Assembly: GCA_030704615.1 (NCBI GenBank)
Contig: CM060731.1
Span: forward strand, 89,094,001-89,158,000
DNA: 64,000 nt
Source: Takakia lepidozioides
Lineage: Eukaryota > Plantae > Bryophyta
Direction of reading: 5' to 3'
Within the stretch, counting starts at the first letter, position 1. Every line of letters starts with the position of its first letter. Below are positions 51,510-62,523 of this stretch, in pieces. The position numbers were made by a program, and so were the translations under genes. The notes below the pieces were generated by a model that was given only the letters and a program-made list of their open reading frames with translations, did no database searches and was not told where the DNA came from.

Positions 51510-54500
51510 ATGGCGGAAAACCCGAGCTCTACAGTGTACTGCCCTCCTCACGAGCATAGAGCTTCATTTCCGTGCAGAGGGGACACCTGCCGGGTGATGG
51601 AGAAATATCTGTGCGTTCGATACCACCTGAAACCGGGGTCGGTTTTTTTGGAGGAGGAAAGGAAGGACTCAAACGGCCTTGTTGTCGAGAGTATTGTTGT
51701 GCTCCACGATGATTTCGGCGATGGCAGGGAATGGCGAGTTCCACCATCGGACAGCGTCATATACAGGGCTGTTGGGGACTTCATTTGCTCGCCAAATGCA
51801 CCGTCTATCCTGGCACCTTCCACGAAACAATCCGCGAATCAGAGAGTGGGTACCTCAAAGAGAGAAGTCCGCAACGAAGTAAATCCAGAGCCGAACCCAT
51901 CCATGAAGACGACCGAGAACCGGGTTGTTCACAACCTGTCCGACTCAGACGAGGTCATGGAAGTTCCGAGGTCGTCCTGGAGATCAGGCAAGTCCTCAAT
52001 GGACGTCAGTGGAGGAGGGAGTCATATTCCCAGCACGAGCACCGCAGTTCGATCTATTCTAGAAATTCTGTGAGGGCTTCACCTGGAGGGACACCGGTCA
52101 GAGCTGGCCGGGCTAGACTACAGCAAGTTCGCAATTAAATCGGTTACATGCCTTCCCGCCGACGTCGACGGTAATATCTTCTTTGAGTTCCCTCCTCGGG
52201 CGGACTACTCGAGGGCGTCCGGAATGTTGACAGATATGGATAGAAAACATGACGGTCATCCTTGGTGCATTACCAAACCACCAGCATGAAGATGCTTGAT
52301 GGTGTGCGGGTGCGCTACGTTGTTTGTGCGGGCGCTTTGCGGTGTTTCTCCCCAACTTGCTTCCACTTTAAATCCAGAGGTCACAGGAACGAGACCGATT
52401 GGACAGGCACAGCTCACCAACCATTTCGAGCTCAGGAGAAGGTTCCGAACTCCACATTTAAGTGTGCGCATTGCAAAGAACCACCACACTGCATGTCTGT
52501 TTGTAATGCCAAGCAGTTCTATGTGTTGCACCGTTTCCCTGACCTCACCCGAGCTTGCATACACGTTGGTTCCCATTGTCACAAATTGGCGAGGGGGAAC
52601 TCGCGGGAGGCTGCCCACGAAGCAGAGCAGCTCGTTCAGGAGGAGGTTAAGTTGAGACCGGGTGCCAAACCCAAACAGATACAGCTCCAAGCCGCCCATA
52701 AGATGGCATTGGCCAGAATTATGTCGGAAGACGGCTCCGATAGAGTTCCTCTCGACGAGAAGGAAATGGAGGCATTGCTGGAGTCGGTGTCCCACGTATG
52801 TTCACCGAATGTCCGAAACCACATTGTCTCATGCAAACAGAAAATTGGGCGTGGCTCGGATATGCACTCCATTCTGGAGGTGAAGCGACGATGTGGATAT
52901 GACTACATTCATGGAAGTAGGTTTCCAGGACAAGGGACTGAGGCAGATCGTTGTTTCGTATTCAAAATGTCCACGTGTGGACCTGGCAGTGGCGTCGAAC
53001 TGGTCGACAGGATGACGAGTGGGAACTTGTCAAACAGTTGGGTCATGTTCGACCATATCAAGCGAATTACAAATCACCAGTGGGTGACAATGGGTGCACA
53101 TGTCTACGACACCCACTGCAGGATGCTAATGACAATTGCTATTTGTGAGATGAAAGGAGAGGACACACAATCGGAGATGCTTCTTTGGCAGGGAATAAAC
53201 GAACAGATGGCCAAGGCGGGATTGCCCCCTCCCAATTTCCGTGGTTTCATGGCGGACAACGCACAAGCAAATTGGGCTGCCATCCGAAGGGTGTACGGGC
53301 AAGACCCCAATGTTCCCATGGAAGGCAAGGAGAGATCTTGTGGGTTCCATGTTCTGCAGAGCCTTTCGCAGTACACAACCAGGCTCGTGGCGCCAGATTT
53401 CAGAGAGGAGCACCGTTCCATGTGCCTTGCGTGGAAGCGCGCTCCCACCTTGGATGATGCAGAGACACAGTTTGCATGCATACGGGCTTGGTGGACATCG
53501 TCAGGTGCTGTAAGGAAATCAGACGAAGGAGCAATGGTCAGTTGGCTAGCATGGTGGCATTATCGTTTCCTCCAGTTCGGCGACTATATGCGGGAGGTGA
53601 GTTGCACGAATTCGCGTCCCGTTGGATATTATTCTTGGCCATATTTGTAACTTGCTTGTAACCTCAACATGTGCTTGTGCATGAAATGTGTCTCGACTCC
53701 GACACCGACATGCCCACGACAAACATGGCCGAATCAGTGCACTCTTCCTGGCGTGCCTCCTCTGCGGCGCATCTGGTGGACATCCTCACTGCCACAACGG
53801 AGGACATTGTGAGGTCAATTATGCAGCAATGCAGGTACAACGAGTTCTTGAAAGGGAAACAGTGGGGCTTGGGGCCGGACAGGCAGGAAATGCTGATGCG
53901 GACTGCCTCCAGATCGAAGAATCCTCGGAAGTGGGCGGCGGCCTTGCGAGAGGGCCTTCGGACACGCCATTGCTGCGAAGAGGCCAACATTTGGAAGGAG
54001 ATGTTCATACCCGTCCAGTGAGACGAAGACTTGACGAGGCACCTGGCGGAGAAGAGGATTCATGGCGAGCTGACAAGAATATTCGCACGCTCCCTCGTGG
54101 TCCGGTGATGTTGTCCGAGGAGGTCTCGTCGAGCACCGGAAGTCCTGCACGTTCAAGATCGCCATCTCTTTTGAGCACAGGGCGCGTGCCCCGGCAACAT
54201 AACGAGCCATCTGTAGTAAAGCAATACAACATTCCCATTGTGGAGACAAGAGTGTCGGAGTCACAGTGGAGAATTGCGAGGACATTGCCGGCATTTCGAG
54301 GGAAGTGTTGCGCCATCCGGGTGGATACGAGAGCACGCTGTGGTGAGATGATTCGGAGGAACCCACACGGTGCTGTACCTGCACCTTGTTTCAGCGGCAG
54401 ATTTTTGACTCCCACATTTGCTCACGCCACAACGCAGACATTTTGGTTCTGTAGGCACGACATAATGACCTGTGTATTTGGCAAGCCCAAGTACGGGATT

Positions 54501-55091
54501 CAGGGAATGCCGGAGCCTCCGGGCGTCTGGCCTGTTGCACCGGGTTGCAGCCTCTCTCAGAATGAGGCGAATGCTCTATCTGCAGCAGGATTTCGAATGG
54601 TGCAACGCACAGACATCCCGGCCCACGCATTTCCGGTTCCTCAGACCCAGCCATTGCAGACTGCTCGGTCCAGTAGAGACGGATTGGACAATTCTGCACA
54701 TCCCACAATGCGATTCAAGAGACGACACCCTCCCAACAAGTTGAATGAGACTCGGATTGCCAATGCTCTTGGGATGGCTTGCACTATTCAGAGCTCCGTG
54801 GACGTACCCCCACCCGGCCTTGGGCGTGTGTATCGGATGGCAACGGCCGGCTCGGCTGTACGCGACGATGTATACACAATTACGATTGGAGTGGAGCCGA
54901 CTTGCAACTGTACGGACTTCTCGTTGATGGAAGCAAAGAAGGGTTCGAAGTATTATCCGTGCAAGCATCTGTATTACATTTACCTGAAGAGGTTGAGGAT
55001 GAACGTGACTATTGATGACTTTATTCATGCACCGGCGTTGAGCGTGAACGAGCTGCACAAACTCCTCCTTAGGGATTCCAGAAATCATTGA
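51510..55091 (+). CDS. MULE-type DDE transposase with GCM/WRKY-like Zn DNA-binding domain and C-terminal SWIM finger (one stop, about two frameshifts, one intron)
   Basis: DRKHDGHPW...CAGALRC...CAHC...CIHVGSHCH; VMFD; GFMADNAQANW; ERSCGFH (CxxH); TTNMAESVHSSW; SWIM CNCTDF...PCKHLYY. Confidence 0.85.
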
Positions 55092-55248
55092 TGGGGCAAA
55101 CGGAATCCTCCATATGGATATTTTCAAATGCATTTTGCTGTATCAGACTTTTTTTTGCAGTGTAATGAAATGCACCCCAAAACTCCTGGAATGAGGCAAT
55201 ATTCCATTCAAACTGAGATCCAACAGAAGCAGTTGTGGGGCCATTTCT

Positions 55249-55610
55249 GGAAAAATGGCGCCGAATTTCTCTTTTTGGGGCCGAAAACTCGCTAAGTCCC
55301 AACATGCACTGGTACCTGTGTTTGGGAAAATGGCGCCGAATTTCTCTTTTTGGGGCCGAAAACTGGCTAAGTCCCAACATGCACTGGTACCGTGTCTGGA
55401 AAAATGGCGCCGAATTTCTCTTTTTTGGGCCGAAAACTGGCTAAGTCCGAACATGCACTGGAAAAATGGCGCCGAATTACCTGTCATGAGGGGACCTATA
55501 GCCGTGGAATTCGGCACCATTTTTCGCCAGAGAGACCTATTGCCGCGAAATACGTCGCCGTTTTTTCAGGTTACGGACCCTATTACCGCGAAATTCGGCG
55601 CCATATTTGC
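55249..55610. repeat. Subterminal ~75-bp tandem repeats carrying the same GGCGCCGAATTTC motif
   Basis: ggaaaaatggcgccgaatttctcttttttggggccgaaaactggctaagtcccaacatgcactgg x ~3.5, then inverted copies. Confidence 0.88.
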
Positions 55611-55899
55611 ACATGTCGTTGGGAATTGGCATGAGCGGAAGACGAAATTTCATGAGCACAACTGTCAAAAGTGCAATTTTTCCTTCAAGGGGCCGAATAA
55701 TATATTTGTTTTTCCTGACACATTGCATTAAATTATTGTTTTTTATTATTTTTTATTTTCGAAATTTGTACTTCTGCTCATGAAAACCGATTGTGTTACT
55801 ACTCTGCTCATGCCGCTCATGCCGCTCATGCTCATGAAATAGCAAACCTCCACATAGTATGAAAATGAATATTAAAAAAATACAGTTCAGTCTGACTCA

Positions 55900-58800
55900 G
55901 AGTCAGTACAATGTATCCCCGCTTCCTCTGCATCTAAGTCTAAGTATTTTAGAACACCGGATCCACGCCGGATACACCTACGGCTGGCCACTAAAAAGTC
56001 AGGGGATAGGGACTCGGCCGCGTGAAGTGCCATTGCTTCGGCATAAACAGGAAGCAGAAAATTGGAAAGGGGGCTGTCGAAAACAGACTCGCCAGAAATG
56101 ACTGTATCTCCTGAAGATCCACCGCTGCCTTTCCTGAAAGACAGCCTGAAAAAGTTATTACTGTAACTTTGATGTTATTGAGAAATTGAGTATGGCTCCC
56201 AAAGAGGGTTTAGCACTTACTCACATGAAAAGTCGTTGTCGACCTGCTTATCTTCGGGATCGTCATCATTTCGAATTTGAATCCGATCAGTCTGTGTGCT
56301 TGAAGTGGAGCCAGACAAAAGGGGGAGGAGCACTGTGTTGTAGAGGTCAGAATCACCCTCCATGCCAAAAAGGCTTCTTCCGCATGCCTTGCATGCATGG
56401 TAAGTTGCTCCTGCACCAGACAGGAGAACATGAACAGTTTGGAGGGGGGGATTTAAGCAGATGAAACTGTTGAAAGAAATCCAATTCGGAAGGGAAAAAA
56501 CAAACCTGTGGACACAGAAAGATCGACCACCCTCGCAGAGCGGTGGCTGCATGACTCCAGCAGCATTTGCATGAACGCTGGGGACTTTTCCTTTGCACCT
56601 CTCCAGGGAGTGCCATCTGGTCTCTTCAGAGTCTGACTGGACTGCATGAAGTTGTACAAAATGTCATCGACATGGGGCTCATAGGGGGGGTTGATGAAAC
56701 AACCCCGGTCAGAAATCTCAAAGCTGCGGATGGAGGATGGTGTCTTTGAGGTGCGAATCCTCCGCAGGCAGATCGCCTCGAACATCCTCGTCTGCCAAAG
56801 ATAGCAGGTTAGTGTGGTAAACACAATCTATAGTGGAAGTGTGTATATCGGCTATTCAGAACGGTGGGACCTGTGCTCACCTGCAACAGACATGTTTTTT
56901 ATAAGAACGATGGCAAGAATGTTTTCAAAGAACGAGACTGAAATACTGCCAACGAAACTTTCAGAGAAAAAGGAAAGAAACTGGAATTCTCACCAGATTG
57001 AGGAATGAGATTATATTGTCCCAGGTAGGGGATGGCACCCCAGTGTATCCTCTCTTTCGACTCTGCATCATCAAAAGCCAACCCTCATTAACAATTTTCA
57101 TCTCTTCTGCTGAATCAGAACGGGAAGGGTGTGGCTTGGCATCGAACACGCACTGAAGAGTGCGGGTATATCTTCCAGCAGTAAAGTCCTGCCCACTCTC
57201 CATCTCCTTTTCATTCTCCTTCCCCTTGTCCTTTTCCTTCTCTTTGGACTTGTCTTTGTCCTTTGGCTTTGCTGGTGAGATGGCTATGACATCAACAACC
57301 TTGTCTTTTGGTTTGCGGCCCGCCTTCTTTCCTTCTGCGGCGTTCCCTGAGCATCAGGCTCCTTGGCAGCCAATGTTGCTATGTTTCGTTGGTACTCTTC
57401 GTCAGTCAAAGGCGCCAGCATCTCAACGTTATTGTTCAAGTATTTCATATGTTGTTCTTGAAAGGTCGTGTGCTCCGGTGGGCAATCAAGGTACCACCCA
57501 CAATCTCTGAAGTGAGAAGGACTCCAGTCCTTCAATATCCCTGCAGTATACATGGTTGGATCGTTTGCAGGGTCCGACCACATGTCAAGATAGTCTGGAA
57601 TTCCGCTCAGGTGATTTCCTTCCATAAGCACATATTTGTGTACCTGAAAAAGGAGATAAATCCCAACCCACAAAAGCGCTCAGTGAGTAAGATGCAAGTA
57701 GAACAGAATGAAAAAAACATAGATTGAAATGGCTCCGAGAACTGCTCCAAGGACCTTTCTGGACCACACGACTGCTCCAGATGTGAATGTCGTCAACGCC
57801 ATTCAAAACATTCCATTCAATGATACTGTAAATACACCCTAATCCAGGTGAATGCAAACTATCGTTTTGGAATGACACAGACATAGAAGTGAATGTCGTC
57901 AACGACATTCACTAATGAAGCCTAATTATTCCTCAAATGAAGCAAAATCACAGGATGGAAATCATAAACTCGAGTAAGGAACCCTCCAGGAAAACTCAAT
58001 GCACATTCATAACGAACATATCACTGAGGACCTCACAACATCACTGTATGTGAATGGCGTCAACGCCATTCACAAAAATACCAAAAGGAAACCAATTACT
58101 TAGCTCCCAATCCATGTAAATTCAAATTGTCGCTGTTGAATAATACAGACACAAAAGTGAATGTCGTCAACGACATTCACTTTGGATTTCTCATAACAGA
58201 GCTTATCAAGCCTCCAGATTCCTCGCAAGAGGCAAAAACAATGCAGAACAACTGAATGTCTGCATTGACATTCAACAAAATGAAGTGAGGAACCCTCACT
58301 GTAACCTCTATGGACATTACAAAATTTACATAACTCTGAGGACCTCTCAACAACTCCGTATGTGAATGTCGTCAACGCCATTCAAGGACATTATCAATTC
58401 TAATCAGGGACACTATAATTACACCCTTAGATCCTAACCAGGTGAATTCATATACTCGCTTAAGAATGACTCAGACAAAGAAGTGAATGTTGTCAACGAC
58501 ATTCAATCTGGATCTATGATTACAATCCTTATGAAGCCACATTTTTTCCCAAAAAAAACAATAGAGTTTCAAGTATGACATTGCACCTGTACACAACTCG
58601 CATCATGGCCCACTCTCCTCCAACCTGACTGTCAAAGTCGTTGGACCGTAAAATGTTACCATCTTTGGAGAACTCCCGGAAAAAACAGTATCTCCAGGTG
58701 AGACCTCTCCACTTCCTTATGTATGCCTCCAATGACATTTGGGGAGGGGAAACAATCGAAATGTTCAGGTCCTTCAAAGTCTGATCCAGCACAATGACGG

Positions 58801-61468
58801 CGCGCTTTTCGAGCTGCAAATAGTATATTTGTCAGAATTGCAAATAAGATACTCATCACATACTTGAAGAGAAGAAAACAGCATGTTTGAATACACACCT
58901 GACTCCAAAATGTAGCCTTGTGGAGCCAGTTATCAAACACCAAATCACTGATTCCTTCCACCTTTGTGCCAGGCTGTATGGTGCTCTTTGGGAACTAATT
59001 CAAGTCCTTTACTATTTGATCTGAGTTCCATATCTCCAGCCACCTTATTTTTGTTTGTGGGTCGACCATCGATATGGCCAGCCGGTGCAATTTCTCCTGC
59101 TGCATCTCCGGATGCACATGCTTGTCATAGTGTGTTTTGATCTGCTGAAGGAACTCAGGACCAAGTCCAGGATCTACTATTCTAAGCTGTTTTCCGAAGG
59201 CGGACATCAATTTGGTTCTTCGCATTTCAAACTCCTTCTTTATTGCAGCTTCCACACCCTTTGATGTCCTTAGTTCTTCTGGTGTAGTGCGGTAATATTC
59301 GGATTTTCCCTTCTCAGCTGCCTCTGCCACTTCTTGCTGCATTGATTCAAGTAGTGATTAGCTCCGAAGGGACTACAAACATGTATTCGAAAAGTAAACA
59401 GAGTACAGACTCGGGCTTACCGCATACATGTACTCCAGAAACGCCTCTCGTGTCAAAGAATACCAAGTGCCTGCAGCTCTTCCTGTTTCGCACTTCTTGA
59501 TGATATTGGGTGGTAGTACTGTCCGAAAATCATCCAGCTTCATCAGACCAATGCTCTGAATTCGGAATAGTGTGTGAACCAAGCTTGTTGTCGCATGCGA
59601 TTTCTCTGTCGATCTGCAAAAACATTGGAAACATTGCATTCCTTAACACTGTTTTTTGAGGATTAATAAGACACTACAGAGGGAATGAAATCTCCTAGAT
59701 GACTTACTTGTTCACGTCGTGCATAGCTGTAAGAAGCCTAGCGATGTCGTTTCCAGGATCCAAAACCATTGCCTCCACAGCAACATGCTTGTCTTTGTCT
59801 TTCGCATGGTGTTTGTGAATGTATCCCATCCATGCCAGCAATCTGTGGTTGCCGTCCCAGACGTAGAACATGTGGTTGCAGAATTGCTGGGTGTTCTTTC
59901 CCATCATGAGGCCCAGCTCGAACTCCTCATTGGCATCTTTCCAGCACTCATCCCAGTTATCACTGATCTCTGGAGACACTAATGTGTTTTTCCCATTTAT
60001 ATCCGTCAGTGACACATAAAAAACTTGTGCACCAAGTCTATATCCATGCACAAAATCACTCTCCAATTTTGTTATGTCATGGGAAAGAGGTGGACGCACA
60101 ACAGGCATTGATATCATCCGGCACAGAGGGATGTCCAGACGCCCTCCAGATACGAGCATGTCCCTTATAACCTCATGAGAGTTTACCTTCTGGAATGACA
60201 TGAGTTCTTTCACCTTGTCAAGGTAGAGCACTTCAGATTCATCTGCTTCATATGTATTCTCTGAGCTTTTTGCGGACTCGTCCCCATCTCCAGATCCTTT
60301 CCCCTTTGATCCTGTAGGCTTCGACCTCACAGTTTTCTGCACGATGTCATTCAGTTCTGACTAAGTAATTTGCAAATAGTGAATGGCGGTAACGACCATC
60401 ACTCTGTCTCAAAGAAACTCACTATGAATGGTGTGAAACAATTCAGCACAATCTACACAAGCAAAGCTGATACTGCTGTATTCAAAACAAAAGCGAGAGC
60501 GATAGCGAACGGCGTTAACGACAATCACAAAAGATAACGACCTGCCGGATCGGTGTTGTGTAATGACATCTATGTGCAACTGATTGGCGGCAACGACATT
60601 CAGTATAGTTTAGGGCGGACAGTAAGTGCAGATTATTCAGATTGACTCCACTGTGATTACCGTCGCCAGCATGGGAAGAGGAAGGACTGCTTGAAATGCG
60701 ATCAGACAGACTGTATGGTCTGAACAACGATGATTGACGGTATGCCGACCCTCACTCTCTCTTCAAACACATAGGTACATAAATCTCATGAGGAGAATCG
60801 AATGGCGTTAACGACGCTCACAATTCAGTAGTTCCTACTAAAGAAGGGAAGAGGAAGGACTCCTTGAAAGGCAATCAGACAGACTGTATGATCTGAACAA
60901 CAGTGAATGACTGTACCGATAGTCACCCACTCATTGTGCGGTAAACCCTTCGCAGCGGAGTAGAAAGCAAATCACCTTTGTGATGGTCGGTAGCGACAAT
61001 CCCTGTCTGGGACATTCCACTCAATCTCTACGCATATCTTCAACAATGAAATGTAAGTTAGATAAAACTTACTGGCGCCTTCTTAGGTTTTGAAATTTGA
61101 TCCCCTTCTGCAGCTTTCCTCTTCCCTCTCATATCTGCTGGAATTTCTGTCTGCTCTAGGGTTTCTGGACCTTCTCCCGGTTCGGCGTTCCGCGTGCTTC
61201 CACCTCCTTCAGTGTCCCTGCGAATCATCTTTGCCTCCACAGGCTGGCGCACTCTTATCGCCGACTGTGTCACAGCCGCTGCCTTAGTCTCCGTCTGCTC
61301 TTCTGAATCAGTCTCCACGTTCACCTGCTGCCTTGGCCCTGTGTTCTCCAACAAACGACGCCTCGTCATTTGCTCTCTTGCTCTGCGTCTCTCTCTAAGG
61401 GAAGTAAAATAAAGAGACTTTCTTCTCTTTCGTATTGTAGAAGGAACCCTCTCCAGCTTGACTACCAC
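55900..61468 (-). CDS. Second ParB/Srx plus amino-MTase-like multi-exon gene (diverged homolog, some disruptions)
   Basis: MFYVWDGNHRLLAW (59707-60140). Spliced C-terminus KEKSPAFMQMLLESCSHRSARVVDLSVSTGATYHACKACGRSLFGMEGD. Middle exons align with gene 1 (DPGLGPEFL/DPALGADFL, EKLHRLA, HFRDCGWY/HLRDCPWY). Confidence 0.8.
57783..58506. repeat. Intronic array of the palindrome GTGAATGTCGT-CA-ACGACATTCAC
   Basis: Copies at 57783, 57889, 58050, 58157, (58252), 58362 and 58483; degenerate copies near 60379, 60507 and 60800. Confidence 0.88.
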
Positions 61469-62224
61469 TCTCCCTCTAAGCGCGAAAAGTAGAAAAACGC
61501 AGTGACTCCCGATTTCTTGCGGGATTGCCTGCGTTCTTGCGTGTCTCTAGAAGCATCGGATTCCCTCTCGCGTGACCGTTACACATAGTCGTTCCCTTAT
61601 TAGTGCACATGCCAGCAATTGGTGTACAACTGTTCATATTCAGTTATGGATGTCTGACGTGTGTCGCCCAAAAAAAACGGCGTGTTCTTTATTAGAACGG
61701 TTTCAATATTTAAAAATAACAGCGAATCCCAGAAATCTTGGCGCACAGTCTTACACAAATAAATGTAAATGAACAAGAGTTTATGACAAATCTTGGAATA
61801 TCATACACGGTCATCCTTGTTAGCCAAACCCCACATTCGTTTCACATTTGGAACTTTCCAGGTGCGCATGATCATTGGTAGTAGTATAAAGATACATTTA
61901 CTTAATCTGCAATCCCATTCTCAGATCCTGTGGCATGCTTCCAGGAAGTCGGCTTTGTTTTTGGGTTTATTGATGAGGTTCTGGTTAACGGTTTAACAGC
62001 TGCCGACACTGCTCCTAGGGATACTCTGACCACTGGGCCCACAAGAAAAGTAATTAAAATGGACGGCTGCATATCTGGAAAGAATAACATAATATGCACA
62101 GTCGTTGTCTGAGCTTCCTCCTCCATATTCTCTGCTCATTCTTCAACTGTGTTCTGGAGACATCAGTAAACCGATTTACACTAGAACTGCGATAGCAAGG
62201 TACAAACGTACGCGAGGAAGGAAG

Positions 62225-62523
62225 ATGGCTTCCTTTGAAGCGGAGTTCTTCTCTGACGACAAACCAGTGCCGTTCTCCCAGGAAGTCCTTGACAATGGAT
62301 TTGCAATTGTTCTGGAACATGTCTTGGCTACCCGTTTTCAGCTGCAGAATGGCTCCATCTTTTTGGAGAAAGAGGTGTACGATCTTAAAGGGAAGTTGTT
62401 GAAATACTCTTTCCAAAACCGTGATGAGACGGCTCATATCAGCCAGTGGAGAGTGCGTCCTGGTCGATACAGAGTACTTGGAGAGCCTCGGCGAAAGTCC
62501 CTTGGGTCATATGTGACGCCCGG
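62225..62523 (+). pseudogene. N-terminus of the second element's transposase, interrupted by an LTR
   Basis: IVLEHVLATRFQLQNGSIFLEKE...QWRVRP..YRVLG aligns with RVMEKYLCVRYHLKPGSVFLEEE...EWRVPP..YRAVG at 51510-51790. Confidence 0.7.

Larger units (their letters stand above)
44088..55850. mobile_element. Complete Mutator-like (MULE) DNA transposon, 11.76 kb, with ParB-MTase cargo
   Basis: TIRs gggggctgctatttcatgagc (44088) and gctcatgaaatagcaaacctc (55850). TSD cacatagt at 44080-44087 and 55851-55858. Internal MULE transposase. Confidence 0.92.
43427..62523. mobile_element. Second, diverged ParB-MTase MULE-like element (host of the 44088-55850 insertion; interrupted at 62524)
   Basis: Homologous ParB-MTase gene at 55900-61468 (-) lies head-to-head with a homologous transposase N-terminus at 62225 (+). 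The left boundary near 43427 (GAGCCTGGTCACG) is a guess. Confidence 0.6.

Noticed and set aside
56675-56700. INPPYE as the catalytic NPPY motif of gene 2
   Set aside because: It is not conserved in gene 1 (aligned region VDAAVDP) and is not preceded by the expected hydrophobic strand. Probably coincidental, though worth rechecking in a family alignment.
57783-58506. CRISPR-like array (palindromic 24-bp repeats with variable spacers)
   Set aside because: Spacers are about 70-140 bp, irregular and mutually similar (higher-order duplication). The array is in a spliceosomal intron and there are no cas genes.
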